The position numbers and the translations under genes were made by a program. The notes beneath the pieces were generated by a model. That model was not told the origin of the DNA. It searched no databases and was given only the letters and a program-made list of their open reading frames with translations. DNA of 64,000 nucleotides from Actinomycetota bacterium (GTDB taxonomy: Bacteria; Actinomycetota; Acidimicrobiia; Spongiisociales; UBA4744), in contig JAADGS010000073.1 of assembly GCA_013152275.1 (NCBI GenBank), positions 1 through 64,000 of the forward strand. Reading direction: 5' to 3'. Positions within the stretch are counted from its first letter, which is position 1. Every line of letters starts with the position of its first letter. Of this stretch, positions 1 through 10,249 are shown piece after piece.

Positions 1-105
1 CTCGTGTTGCGTGAGCAGATCGTCAACGAGCAGCTCCCGCAGCTTCTCGAGATTCAGGCGAGGCTCGATGCTGCCCTCGATGAACCGGCCGGTGCAGGCT
101 CATGA
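1..105 (+). CDS. 3' end of upstream gene (partial), unknown product
   Basis: Frame 1 open from window edge (LVLREQIVNEQLPQLLEIQARLDAALDEPAGAGS*); its TGA overlaps the next ATG (ATGA 102-105). Confidence 0.6.
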   Translation, partial: LVLREQIVNEQLPQLLEIQARLDAALDEPAGAGS

Positions 106-1274
106 GCGACCCGTCCCGCCCTTGGCGCCTCGCGTGGCGACGTCGACACGGCTGGGTTCGACTCACCGCCTGGATCGTCGTCCTCGTCGTGCTTCCTGTG
201 GCCGCCTACCAGTTCGGACGGAGAGCCGACACGCCTGCGGAGGCGATCGCACATGCCGCACCGCCTGCACCGGCCGATATCACTGCCACGGTTGAACGGC
301 GGACCCTCGAAGCTGCCGAGGTGTTCCTCGGAGAAGTCACGCTCGATGTCGTCCCACTCGCCACCCCACGAGCGGGTGTGGTCGTCGACATTCCGGTGGA
401 AGCCGGCGACACGACTACCGAAGGCACTGTCGCCGCGGTGCTCGACGACCGACCGATCGTCATGCTCCGCGGTGACCTGCCGCTGATCGACGACCTCCAA
501 CCTGGTGCGACCGGCTCGTGGGTGACGCAACTTCAACAGTCCCTGACCCGACTCGGGCTCTACACGCTCGAGGTGGACGGCAGGTATGGTCCGGCGACAC
601 AGTGGGCGGTGAGCAGGCTGTACGAGTCGATCGGATTTCGCCCGCCGACCGCATCGGAGCCGCTGTCGGGCCGCGCGACGGCCGGTGGCACGCCGCTCCC
701 GTCGGCGGAGGTCCTGTTCGTGTCCTCGCTGCCGACCAGGGTCATCGACGTCTCGGCGCATCGGGGTGACATCGTTGCCGCCGCCGATGTGCTCATGGAC
801 TTCGCCGGAGCCGCCCCGGCTGTCGTCGTGCGGGTCGACCCCACCGACGCGAAGCGATTCCATACCGGAGATTCCGTGCTGATCCGTCGAGGCGGCGGTC
901 AGGACGACCTGCCGGGACGGGTGCAGTCCATCGAGGAGAACACCGCGGAGGAGGCCGGGGGCCTCACCCAGATTGTGACGATCGCCCCCGATGCTCCTCT
1001 TCCTGCCGATCAGGCCGGCAAGACGGTAAAAGTGTTGGTCGGCGCCACCTCGACTGGCGGGCCGGTGCTGGTGGTCCCGGTGACCGCGATCAGATCCGCA
1101 GCCGACGGCGGCACCTATGTGGACGTGCAGACCGCGCCGGAGGAGTTCGACCGAGTACCGGTGACCGCCGGCCTGGCCGTCGGTGGTTTCGTTGCCGTCG
1201 AGTCCCCCGACGGTCGCCTCCACGAGGGAGGCAAGGTTCGGGTCGGGACCGTGGCGGAGACCGGCGGGTCATGA
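102..1274 (+). CDS. Efflux adaptor (membrane-fusion-like) protein with peptidoglycan-binding domain
   Basis: N-terminal TM; PG-binding-1 motif (LQPGATGSWVTQLQQSLTRLG..DGRYGPAT); C-terminal VVPVTAI; translationally coupled to ABC genes. Confidence 0.8.
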   Translation: MSDPSRPWRLAWRRRHGWVRLTAWIVVLVVLPVAAYQFGRRADTPAEAIAHAAPPAPADITATVERRTLEAAEVFLGEVTLDVVPLATPRAGVVVDIPVEAGDTTTEGTVAAVLDDRPIVMLRGDLPLIDDLQPGATGSWVTQLQQSLTRLGLYTLEVDGRYGPATQWAVSRLYESIGFRPPTASEPLSGRATAGGTPLPSAEVLFVSSLPTRVIDVSAHRGDIVAAADVLMDFAGAAPAVVVRVDPTDAKRFHTGDSVLIRRGGGQDDLPGRVQSIEENTAEEAGGLTQIVTIAPDAPLPADQAGKTVKVLVGATSTGGPVLVVPVTAIRSAADGGTYVDVQTAPEEFDRVPVTAGLAVGGFVAVESPDGRLHEGGKVRVGTVAETGGS

Positions 1275-1939
1275 GCGAAGTCGCTCGGCTGGAAGGGGTC
1301 GGCCGCACCTTCGGACCCCGCGAGGAGGTGACGGCGCTTGCCGACGTGGACCTGGCGATCGAGGAGGGTGCGTTCGTCGCCGTCGAAGGACCCTCCGGTT
1401 CCGGCAAGTCGACACTGCTGAACATTCTTGGGCTCCTCGATACACCGTCCACCGGACGCTATCGACTCGATGGGAACGATGTGACCGGGCTTCGGGCCGG
1501 GGAGGCGGCACGAGCGCGCGCCGAGTTCCTCGGGTTCGTGTTCCAGTCCTACCATCTGCTGGCGGCCAAGAACGTCATCGACAACGTCGTGCTCGGCGCC
1601 TCCTACCGTGCCATCCGTCGTCGGGAACGGTATCGAAGAGCATTCGATGTGCTCGACGAACTGGGTCTCGCGCATCGTGTCACCGCCATGCCCCCAACCC
1701 TTTCGGGGGGTGAGCAACAGCGTGTCGCCATTGCACGCGCCGTCATCGGCGGCAAGCGGCTGTTGCTGTGCGACGAACCGACCGGCAACCTGGACTCCGA
1801 GAACACCCGCAAGGTCGTTGAGGTTCTGCGACGGATGGCACACGAGGGTATCGCCGTCGTCGTGGCCACCCACGACCCGATGGTGGCACGAGAGAGTGAT
1901 GCCACCGTCCGGCTCGTCGACGGCCACCCGGTCACATGA
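1271..1939 (+). CDS. ABC transporter ATP-binding protein (MacB/LolD-like)
   Basis: Walker A GPSGSGKS, LSGGEQQR signature, Walker B LLLCDEPTGNLD, THD. Confidence 0.95.
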   Translation: MSEVARLEGVGRTFGPREEVTALADVDLAIEEGAFVAVEGPSGSGKSTLLNILGLLDTPSTGRYRLDGNDVTGLRAGEAARARAEFLGFVFQSYHLLAAKNVIDNVVLGASYRAIRRRERYRRAFDVLDELGLAHRVTAMPPTLSGGEQQRVAIARAVIGGKRLLLCDEPTGNLDSENTRKVVEVLRRMAHEGIAVVVATHDPMVARESDATVRLVDGHPVT

Positions 1940-3108
1940 GGCGTCTTGTCCAGGCGATCGGCGAGGCGACCTGGGGTCTGCTGGCGCAACCCCGGCGTCT
2001 CATCGGTGCGGGCCTGGCGACCTCCCTCGGGATTGGACTGTTTGTGGCCGCATGGACGTTGAACGTCACCGCCGGGCAGCAGATCTCTGCGAGTTTCGAC
2101 GCGTTCCGAGCGACCGAGGTTCGCGTCTCGAGCGACACGGGAGGTGGTGACTGGATTCCCGCCGACTATCTCGAGCGCCTGGCGCAGATGTCGGCCGTCG
2201 TCACGGCGCAGAAGCTCACCGACCTCGACAGTGTGACCATCTCCACCTCGGTGCCGGAACGGCCGGACCTGGGCACCAGCCTGTCCGCCCGCGCCTGGGG
2301 CGTCGATGATGATGGGCCGAGAGCAATCGCCGCCGTGATCGATGGATCCAGGATGGAGCCGACGCCCGGAGAGACACCAACGGTGCTGCTCGGCGGCCGT
2401 GTCGCGGCTGCCCTCGGCATCGACACGGTCGACGGAGTGCAGTCCATCTGGATCAACGGCAACCCGGCCGTCGTGCGCGGCATCATCCGTTCGGTCGGCC
2501 GGCGACGTGAGATCCTCGACGGGATCGTGGTACTCGATCGGGATGCTGCCACGCTCGGCCTGCACTCGGTGGCGGATGAGATCATCATCGAGACCGTCGG
2601 CGGCGGCGCAGCCCAGGTGGCCGAGCAGGCCCCTCTGGCGCTTCGCCCCGACAATCCCGAAGCCGTCACCGCGATCGCTCCACCCGACCCCGAACAGTTC
2701 CGCCGGCGTTTCGAGGGTGATATCAAGCAGGGACTCTTCGCGATCTCTGGTGTGGCGATATTGATCGGAGCGATGACGATCAGCAGCACCATCGCCACCT
2801 CGATCCTCTCGCGTACCGCCGAGATCGGACTTCGGCGGGCGCTGGGTGCACGGGCAGGCGACATCCTTGCGATGGTCATCGCCGAAGGCGCGACCATGGG
2901 GTTCTTCGGCGGTCTCGTCGGAGCGAGTTTGGGCGTCGTCGGTGCGATCGCGGTCTCGGCGCGGCTTGGTTGGAACCCGATCGTCGACCCGGCAGCCACG
3001 GGTCTCGCCGTTGGCGCCGGAGTCGTGATCGGTATTCTCTCGGCCCTGCCGCCGGGATTCCGAGCCACTCGGATCGATCCTGCCGAAGCGCTCCGGTCCG
3101 TCAACTGA
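1936..3108 (+). CDS. ABC transporter permease (MacB/FtsX family)
   Basis: N-terminal TM, extracytoplasmic domain, RTAEIGLRRALGA motif, 3 C-terminal TMs, DPAEALR end. Confidence 0.9.
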   Translation: MRRLVQAIGEATWGLLAQPRRLIGAGLATSLGIGLFVAAWTLNVTAGQQISASFDAFRATEVRVSSDTGGGDWIPADYLERLAQMSAVVTAQKLTDLDSVTISTSVPERPDLGTSLSARAWGVDDDGPRAIAAVIDGSRMEPTPGETPTVLLGGRVAAALGIDTVDGVQSIWINGNPAVVRGIIRSVGRRREILDGIVVLDRDAATLGLHSVADEIIIETVGGGAAQVAEQAPLALRPDNPEAVTAIAPPDPEQFRRRFEGDIKQGLFAISGVAILIGAMTISSTIATSILSRTAEIGLRRALGARAGDILAMVIAEGATMGFFGGLVGASLGVVGAIAVSARLGWNPIVDPAATGLAVGAGVVIGILSALPPGFRATRIDPAEALRSVN

Positions 3109-3235
3109 CCGTCGGCTCTGCAACCGGCTTCCAGGATTCTGCAGCCGATCGCCGAGGGCTGTGCTTCAACCGGCACCGGCAATCGGCGACTGGCGACCGC
3201 TTTGGTACCCTGCTCCATCTGGCAGAGGGAGAGAC

Positions 3236-4393
3236 GTGGAGATCGAGATCGGCATCGGAAAATCGGGGCGGCGGGCGTACAGCTTCGATGACATCGCAAT
3301 CGTTCCCAGTCGCAGGACGAGAGATCCCGAAGACGTCGATATCTCCTGGCAGTTCGACGCGTTCAACTTCGACCTCCCGATGCTCGGTTCGGCGATGGAT
3401 TCGGCCATCAGCCCTGCGACGGCGAAAGAGATCAGCAGGCTGGGGGGACTCGGGGTTCTCAACCTCGAAGGTCTCTGGACCCGGCACGAGGACCCGATAC
3501 CGCTGTTCGAAGAGATCGCCACGCTGTCCGCCGGCACGGCGACGCGCAGGATGCAGGAGATCTACGCAGAACCGATCAAGCCGGAACTGATCGGAAGGCG
3601 AATCGAGGAGATGCGCACTTCCGGCGGCATCACGGCCGCCAGCCTGACCCCGCAGAGAGTGCGCGACTACGCGAAGCTGACCGTGGACGCCGGGCTCGAC
3701 GTGCTCGTGGTCCAGGGCACCGTTGTCTCTGCCGAGCATGTCTCGACCCGCTCGGAGCCGCTGGACCTGCGTGAGTTCATCGCCAACTTCGACCTTCCGG
3801 TGATCGTCGGAGGATGCGCCTCCCACTCGACGGCCCTGCATCTCATGCGCACCGGCGCGGTCGGCATTCTCGTAGGTGTCGGTCCCGGTGCCGCCTGCAC
3901 GACGAGAGGTGTGCTCGGCATCGGTGTCCCGCAAGCGACAGCGATCGCCGACGCCGCCGGAGCGAGGATCCGATATCTCGACGAGACCGGCCGCTACGTT
4001 CATGTGATCGCCGACGGGGGAATGCGCCGCGGCGGCGACATCGCGAAAGCCATCGCATGTGGCGCCGACGCCGTGATGATCGGTTCCCCACTGGCAGGAG
4101 CGACGGAGGCGCCCGGGCGGGGCTTCCATTGGGGTATGGCGACGTTCCACCCGACGCTGCCCCGCGGGGCACGCGTCGAAGTCGGCGCCCTCGGCACCCT
4201 CGAGGAGATCCTCATCGGCCCTGCGTACGAGAATGACGGCCGCAGGAACCTTTTCGGCGCCCTGCGGGTCTCGATGGCGACGACCGGCTACCGGGATCTC
4301 AAGGAATTCCAGAAGGCAGAAGTGATGATCGCTCCGTCCCTGCAGACCGAAGGCAAGGCGCTGCAGCGATCCCAGCAGGTGGGAATGGGTTGA
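3236..4393 (+). CDS. guaB3: GuaB3-family IMP dehydrogenase-related protein
   Basis: [31 protein letters not shown]-terminus; [11 protein letters not shown] loop; no CBS pair; GTG start after GAGGGAG. Confidence 0.9.
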   Translation: MEIEIGIGKSGRRAYSFDDIAIVPSRRTRDPEDVDISWQFDAFNFDLPMLGSAMDSAISPATAKEISRLGGLGVLNLEGLWTRHEDPIPLFEEIATLSAGTATRRMQEIYAEPIKPELIGRRIEEMRTSGGITAASLTPQRVRDYAKLTVDAGLDVLVVQGTVVSAEHVSTRSEPLDLREFIANFDLPVIVGGCASHSTALHLMRTGAVGILVGVGPGAACTTRGVLGIGVPQATAIADAAGARIRYLDETGRYVHVIADGGMRRGGDIAKAIACGADAVMIGSPLAGATEAPGRGFHWGMATFHPTLPRGARVEVGALGTLEEILIGPAYENDGRRNLFGALRVSMATTGYRDLKEFQKAEVMIAPSLQTEGKALQRSQQVGMG

Positions 4394-5958
4394 CCTTGCA
4401 GCGGGAGTACGGCCAGGCATCCACCGGTGATTTCGACAGGGTGCTCATCGTCGATCTCGGGGCCCAGTATGCCCAGCTGATCGCCAGACGAGTCCGTGAG
4501 GCCCACGTCTTCTCGGAGATCGTTCCGAGGGACATCACCGCGGCCGAGATTGTCGCGCGGGCCCCGACCGGGGTGATCCTCTCGGGAGGTCCGGCCTCGG
4601 TGTACGCGGAGGATGCCTACGACATCGATCCGAAGATCTTCGACCTCGACGTTCCGATCCTCGGCATCTGCTACGGGCATCAACTCATCGCCTCCACGCT
4701 CGGTGGCGAAGTGGCGAGAACCGGTACGGCCGAGTACGGCAAGGCGGCACTCGAAATCACGGATCGGTCACTGCTGTTCACCGGGCTCCCCGATCATCAG
4801 GATGTGTGGATGAGCCACGGCGACGCCGTTGTCGCAGCTCCGCCGGGGTTTCGGGTGACGGCTTCGACCCCGGGGTCGCCGGTAGCCGCGATGGAGTCCG
4901 AGGATCATCGCCTGTTCGGTGTGCAGTTCCATCCAGAGGTCGGGCACACCCCTCGGGGCACCGACATGCTCAAGCGGTTCCTGTTCGACGTCTGCGGTGC
5001 CCGACCGTCCTGGACGAGCCACTCGATCATCGAACAGTCGGTCGAAGCCATCCGCTCCCAGGTCGGAGACGAGAAGGTGATCTGCGGGCTCTCGGGCGGC
5101 GTGGACTCCTCGGTCGCCGCAGCGCTCGTGCACCATGCGGTCGGCGATCAGCTGACCTGTGTGTTCATCGATCACGGCCTGCTGCGAGCGGGCGAGGCGG
5201 AGCAGGTGGACGAGACGTTTCGGGGAGCCTTCCAGATCAATCTGATTCACGTGGACGCCCAGGACCGGTTCCTCGACCGCCTGGCAGGGATCACCGACCC
5301 GGAGGCCAAGCGCAAGATCATCGGGGAGACGTTCATCCGCGTGTTCGAGGAAGTCGCCGCGGATCTCACCGACACGCCGTTTCTCGTCCAGGGGACGTTG
5401 TATCCGGACATCATCGAGTCGGGGACCAAAGACGCTGCGCGCATCAAGAGTCACCACAATGTCGGAGGGCTGCCCGAGGATATGCAATTCGAGCTGGTCG
5501 AGCCGCTCAGGGACCTGTTCAAGGACGAGGTGCGAGCGATCGGCGCCGAACTCGGGCTGCCGGAGGAGATCGTGTGGCGACAGCCGTTCCCCGGACCCGG
5601 CCTGGCCGTGCGCATCATCGGGGAGGTGACCCGCGAGCGTCTGGCGGTTCTGCAGGCTGCCGATGCGATCGTTATCGAGGAGGTGCGTCGGGCGGGGATG
5701 TATCGGGAGCTGTGGCAGTCATTCGCCGTGCTGCCTGCGGTGCGCACCGTCGGGGTGCAAGGAGACGGACGTACCTATGCGTACCCCATCGTCGTGCGAG
5801 CGGTGACGTCGGACGACGCTATGACGGCCGACTGGGCGCGTCTGCCCTACGAGGTGCTGGAACGGATCTCGTCCCGTGTGATCAACGAGGTTCCGGGAGT
5901 CAACCGGGTCGCCTACGACATCTCCTCGAAACCGCCGGCGACGATCGAGTGGGAGTGA
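4390..5958 (+). CDS. guaA: GMP synthase (glutamine-hydrolysing)
   Basis: [36 protein letters not shown]. Confidence 0.98.
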   Translation: MTLQREYGQASTGDFDRVLIVDLGAQYAQLIARRVREAHVFSEIVPRDITAAEIVARAPTGVILSGGPASVYAEDAYDIDPKIFDLDVPILGICYGHQLIASTLGGEVARTGTAEYGKAALEITDRSLLFTGLPDHQDVWMSHGDAVVAAPPGFRVTASTPGSPVAAMESEDHRLFGVQFHPEVGHTPRGTDMLKRFLFDVCGARPSWTSHSIIEQSVEAIRSQVGDEKVICGLSGGVDSSVAAALVHHAVGDQLTCVFIDHGLLRAGEAEQVDETFRGAFQINLIHVDAQDRFLDRLAGITDPEAKRKIIGETFIRVFEEVAADLTDTPFLVQGTLYPDIIESGTKDAARIKSHHNVGGLPEDMQFELVEPLRDLFKDEVRAIGAELGLPEEIVWRQPFPGPGLAVRIIGEVTRERLAVLQAADAIVIEEVRRAGMYRELWQSFAVLPAVRTVGVQGDGRTYAYPIVVRAVTSDDAMTADWARLPYEVLERISSRVINEVPGVNRVAYDISSKPPATIEWE

Positions 5959-6071
5959 AGTTCCCGGTTCCGGCGAGACATGTATCCAGATCCTCTTGTC
6001 CGCGGTTCAGATGGCCTTGTTTCGGTTCTGCGCCCCGACGGCCGACAGTTGCCGAAGTTCCCGACACGCGC

Positions 6072-6100
6072 CTCAAGTAGGTGTCTGCGCACGCCGATAC
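6072..6100 (+). promoter_or_regulatory. Putative sigma28/FliA-WhiG-type promoter for cheA operon
   Basis: CTCA(6072-6075)-N17-GCCGATAC(6093-6100), about 30 nt before GTG 6129. Confidence 0.55.
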
Positions 6101-6128
6101 GCGTGATGATCGAGAAGAAGGTGTTGGA

Positions 6129-8195
6129 GTGGAGTTGAGCGGCGACGCCGAGTTGCTGGCCATCTTTCGTGAGGAACTCGTCTCGCGGGCCGGACATCTG
6201 GTTGAGGGAGCGCGATTGCTGCGGTCCGGCGGTGTCGACCCCAGGCACGCCTCCGACCTCTTTCGTGACGCCCACACCGTCAAGGGATCATCGAGAATGA
6301 TGGGCTTCGATGCGCTCGGCGAAGCCGGCGAGGTCCTCGAGTTCGCATGGCGATCCATCGGAGATGGCTCTCAGAGTGGTGCCATCGCCGACCTTGCGGC
6401 ATCTCTCGAAAAGGCAGCATCGTTGCTGATTCCGACCCTCGATGTTGATCCGGTCGGAGGTACTCCCCAGCTTCGAGCAGCGATTGCAGCCGTCAAGAAA
6501 CCGGTCAGCGTTCCGGAGCCCGAGCCTTCGGATGCGGAGGACGCTCCTGCAGTCGATCCTTCCACACCTGCTGATCTCGGAGGTCTTCTGTCGGCAGTCG
6601 AACGGGGACTCATCGGTACGGCGACGCGGGTCGACACGAACAAGCTGTATCGGATGATCAACCGGGCCGCGGAGGCGAGGCTGGATGCGGACGCCCTCTC
6701 CGATGCGGTACGAGCGCTTCGACTCACCGCCGGCAACCCGAGAGAGATCGCATCCCTCGCTGCCCGATGGGAGTCGGCGGTCGAGTCGGTGGACGATGCA
6801 GTCCGGGATCTGCAGGATCGCGCCCTGGAGCTGGTTTCCGAACGGTTCGGGGTGGTTACGTCGACCTTCCCGCAGTTCGTCCACTATCTGGCTCGCCGAA
6901 CCGGCAAGGAGGTTCATCTGGAGCTCACCGGTGCAGAGGTGGAGGTGGATCGTCAGATCCTCGAACATCTACGCGAGCCCCTCCGGCACCTCGTGGTCAA
7001 TGCGGTCGACCACGGGATCGAGTCCGCGGCAGAGCGCGCGGAGGCGGGGAAGCCGACGACCGGCCATGTCGTCGTCAGAGCTGCAGCTTCGGACGGTCAG
7101 CTGCGCATCTCTGTGGAGGACGATGGTCGCGGAATCGACTGGGGATCGGTTCGCAATGCCGCCATCGCTCACGAGATCGACCCGGGTGAGGTCGGATCCG
7201 ATCTCTCCGGCCTGCTGTTCCGGTCGGGTTTCTCGACCGTTGTGGAGCCATCCGATCTGAGTGGAGACGGAGCGGGTCTGGCCCTGGTTGCCGAACTCGC
7301 AGACCGCGTCAATGGTGGTATCACCATCGAGTCGCGTCCTGGCAAGGGTACATCGCTGTTGCTGACGCTGCCGTTGTCGTGGTCATTCCAGGACCTCGTT
7401 CTCCTTCGATCAGAGGGGAGAGTTTGGGGGATCCCGGCGGCCGCGGTCATCGCCACGGTGCCGACTGCCGGGGCGGACGTTCGGCCAAGCAAGGATCGCA
7501 TGGAGCTCATCTACCAGGGGAAACGTGTCCCGATCAGTTCCTTTGCCGCTGCAATCGGTGCGGGGCTTCCTGAAGAGACGGAGCAAGTCGTCGTGCTGGC
7601 CACCCGGGCAGGGAGGGCGGCGGTCACCGTCCCTGAGGTGCTCGGGAGACGCCAGGTCGCCGTCAAGGGCCTCGGTCCGCTGCTGGCGGGAGCACCGTAC
7701 CTCACCGGAGCAGCCGTGCTGGGCGGCGGTGAGGTCGTCGCAATCGTCGATCCGAATCGACTCGCAGATCAGATTCGGGCGCTCCCGATTCCCGACGGGC
7801 AGCGGCCGCGCGTGTTGGCCGTCGACGACTCGAAAGGTGTCCGTCAGCTGGTCGCCGCGGTCCTCGGCAGCCAGGGGTATGACGTTGTCGTTGCCCGCAA
7901 CGCCGAAGAGGGCCTGGAGCAGCTCGAAGCCAAGGCGTTCGATGCGCTGGTGGTCGACTTTGCGATGCCCGGACCCGACGGTGTGGAACTCGTCAAGGCG
8001 GTTCGCAGGCGCCTCCCTGCGCTTCCGGTCATCATGATCTCCGGTGTGGCGACCGCGGCCGACCAGTCGAGGGCGTGGGAAGCGGGCGTCGACGCCTATC
8101 TCGACAAATCCGACCTTCGTCAGGGGTTGCTCGTGTCGACACTTGCCTCTCTTCTCGCACTGAGGAATGGGAGTTCTTTGGAGGTTCGTCCGTGA
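6129..8195 (+). CDS. cheA: Hybrid CheA-like kinase: Hpt, dimerisation, HATPase, CheW-like, C-terminal receiver
   Basis: AHTVKGSS (Hpt); HLVVNAVDHGIE, EDDGRG, GFST; CheW-like GAAVLGGGEVVAIVD; REC AVDD/VDFAMPGPDG/YLDK. Start placed at GTG 6129 (ORF open from 6081). Confidence 0.88.
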   Translation: MELSGDAELLAIFREELVSRAGHLVEGARLLRSGGVDPRHASDLFRDAHTVKGSSRMMGFDALGEAGEVLEFAWRSIGDGSQSGAIADLAASLEKAASLLIPTLDVDPVGGTPQLRAAIAAVKKPVSVPEPEPSDAEDAPAVDPSTPADLGGLLSAVERGLIGTATRVDTNKLYRMINRAAEARLDADALSDAVRALRLTAGNPREIASLAARWESAVESVDDAVRDLQDRALELVSERFGVVTSTFPQFVHYLARRTGKEVHLELTGAEVEVDRQILEHLREPLRHLVVNAVDHGIESAAERAEAGKPTTGHVVVRAAASDGQLRISVEDDGRGIDWGSVRNAAIAHEIDPGEVGSDLSGLLFRSGFSTVVEPSDLSGDGAGLALVAELADRVNGGITIESRPGKGTSLLLTLPLSWSFQDLVLLRSEGRVWGIPAAAVIATVPTAGADVRPSKDRMELIYQGKRVPISSFAAAIGAGLPEETEQVVVLATRAGRAAVTVPEVLGRRQVAVKGLGPLLAGAPYLTGAAVLGGGEVVAIVDPNRLADQIRALPIPDGQRPRVLAVDDSKGVRQLVAAVLGSQGYDVVVARNAEEGLEQLEAKAFDALVVDFAMPGPDGVELVKAVRRRLPALPVIMISGVATAADQSRAWEAGVDAYLDKSDLRQGLLVSTLASLLALRNGSSLEVRP

Positions 8196-9187
8196 AGGTA
8201 CTCGTCGCCGACGACAGTCCGGTCATTCGGGCGGTAGTCACCTCGCTTCTCTCCGAGGCCGGGTTCGAAGTCGTCACCGCGAGTGATGGCTTCGAGGCGA
8301 TCAAGGCTTTCTACGCCGAGCTTCCAGATCTCGTACTGCTGGATATCAAGATGCCGAAGATGACCGGCTACGTGGTCTGTCGTCTCATCAAGGAGGACTA
8401 CACGGTCGCACACATCCCCGTGCTGATTCTCACGGCCCTGGATTCCGCCGAAGATCGCTATTGGAGCGAGAAATCCGGTGCGGACGGCTATCTGACCAAG
8501 GAATCGCTCGGGCAGGATCTGGTGGGGGCCATCCGATCGGCGAGAGCGACCAGAGCCCTCTCGGAACTGAATCGCGATCAGGAGCCCAAGCAGCTCGACA
8601 CCGTCGACGTGTTGGCGAGAGTTACGGATCTTCTGGACCGCAAGCTGTTCGACGCGACGATCATCAACGACATCGTTACGATGGCGACCCGTCCGGGGGA
8701 CCTCGCCGGAACCCTCGGCGAACTGCTGCAGATTCTTCGGCGTTTCGTCGGTTTCGACGTCGCCGCGATCGCGCTTGCTTCGGAGAAGAGGATGGCGGCA
8801 CGCCTCGAGAGCACACTTTCGCGGGGCGAGTTCGACGAGTTCAAGCGTCTCGTGGCAGGGCATCTCGATCAGCTGTCGGCGGTGAAGGTGAGCCCGGACG
8901 AACTGGGGGTCTGGTTCGCCGAGCCGCCGGGGTTCGGCTGGACGGACTCCGGGCAGGGTTGGCCGTCGTTCTTCGCGATGGGCCTTCGCTCCCGTGGGGA
9001 GGTTCTGGGGATTCTGGCCCTCGCTTCCCGGCGTGCCGGCGAGTTCACACCGCAGGTGGCCCGAACGCTGAGAATGGTGGAGTTTCCCATTGCGGCCGTG
9101 GTCGACTCGGCCTCGTATCACCAGAAACTCCTGGAGCAAGAGGCGCGGCTCAGCCTGTCGTCCCTCTACGGAGACCTCCAAGGGTAG
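8192..9187 (+). CDS. Response regulator with receiver plus GAF-like domain, no output domain
   Basis: VADD, LLDIKMP, LTA, YLTK; C-terminal GEVLGILALASRRAGEFT GAF-like; GTGA overlap with cheA stop. Confidence 0.8.
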   Translation: MKVLVADDSPVIRAVVTSLLSEAGFEVVTASDGFEAIKAFYAELPDLVLLDIKMPKMTGYVVCRLIKEDYTVAHIPVLILTALDSAEDRYWSEKSGADGYLTKESLGQDLVGAIRSARATRALSELNRDQEPKQLDTVDVLARVTDLLDRKLFDATIINDIVTMATRPGDLAGTLGELLQILRRFVGFDVAAIALASEKRMAARLESTLSRGEFDEFKRLVAGHLDQLSAVKVSPDELGVWFAEPPGFGWTDSGQGWPSFFAMGLRSRGEVLGILALASRRAGEFTPQVARTLRMVEFPIAAVVDSASYHQKLLEQEARLSLSSLYGDLQG

Positions 9188-9261
9188 ATGCCTCGAGCGC
9201 TTCTCGGTGACACTCCATGAGGCCGGGAAGACTGCCGGGGCGGCGTCCATCTTTCTTTTCC

Positions 9262-9290
9262 CTCAATCGGGGCCTGTTTCCCGTCGATAA
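9262..9290 (+). promoter_or_regulatory. Putative sigma28-type promoter for histidine kinase
   Basis: CTCA(9262-9265)-N17-GTCGATAA(9283-9290), 24 nt before ATG 9315. Confidence 0.5.
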
Positions 9291-9314
9291 CCCACTCATG
9301 AGGCGTGTAGGGAG

Positions 9315-10181
9315 ATGCTGAACTTCGTTGCGGGAACGGCGGTCGTTCTCTCGATCGCGGCTGTCATCTGGGCACTCCGGTCGAACGCGGCGGCCCGCAC
9401 ACGAGAGGCTGCGGCCAAAGAGTCGGCCGAACGAGCCCGACAGATGAAGGACGAGTTCGTGTCGATGGTGAGTCACGAGCTACGAACGCCGCTGACATCG
9501 ATCGCCGGCTTCGCAGAAGCCCTCAGAGAATCCTGGCGTACGAGCAGGGAGGAAGAGGTCGACGAGTTCCTCGACATCATCCGCAACCAGGCGCAGCACC
9601 TGCACGAATTGGTGGAAGATATCCTCGTGCTTCCTCGTCTCCAGGCGGGAAGGCTGCCCCTGCACCCGGAGGAGTTCGAACTCGCGCCGCTCGCTCACGA
9701 GGTGGTCAGTCTGGTGAGCCCTCCTGGGGCGAAGCGGGAGGCAGCCGTTGCGATCCCGGGCGGGGTCATGGTGAACGCCGACCGGAGGCGGGTGTTTCAG
9801 GTGCTTCGCAATCTGTTCGAGAATGCGGTGAAGTACGGCGGCGATCAGGTGCTCATCGAAGGCAGTCCGTACGGGCGTCGCTTCCTTGTCGTCGTGTCCG
9901 ACAACGGTCCCGGCATCCAGGACGAAGAAGTCGACCGAATGTTCGTCCGTTTCGAGCAAAGGTCGAAGGGAGACGCACGATCGGATCAGGGGATCGGTCT
10001 CGGGCTTCCGATTGCCCTGCAGCTGGCGCAGGCGATGGGCGGGGACCTGTGGTATGAGCACCGGTTTCCGACCGGATCGAGATTCTGTTTCACCATCGCG
10101 TTGGCCGGTGTCCCGGAGGATGGAGCGGAGGCCTCGGTCCGTCATCCGGACGAACTGCGGTCCGCCCACGAAGGTCACTGA
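9315..10181 (+). CDS. Histidine kinase with single N-terminal TM and no sensor domain
   Basis: SHELRTPLT H-box, NLFENAVKY, DNGPGI, GIGLGL. Confidence 0.9.
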   Translation: MLNFVAGTAVVLSIAAVIWALRSNAAARTREAAAKESAERARQMKDEFVSMVSHELRTPLTSIAGFAEALRESWRTSREEEVDEFLDIIRNQAQHLHELVEDILVLPRLQAGRLPLHPEEFELAPLAHEVVSLVSPPGAKREAAVAIPGGVMVNADRRRVFQVLRNLFENAVKYGGDQVLIEGSPYGRRFLVVVSDNGPGIQDEEVDRMFVRFEQRSKGDARSDQGIGLGLPIALQLAQAMGGDLWYEHRFPTGSRFCFTIALAGVPEDGAEASVRHPDELRSAHEGH

Positions 10182-10249
10182 AGCGACCTTCGGGTCGGTG
10201 TCACCTGTCGCCGGTCGGACTGTCACAGAGCACGGGTACCATCGGCACC

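Noticed and set aside
102..3108. PG-binding adaptor plus ABC transporter as a novel system
   Set aside because: A common actinobacterial MacAB-like arrangement with nothing unusual visible
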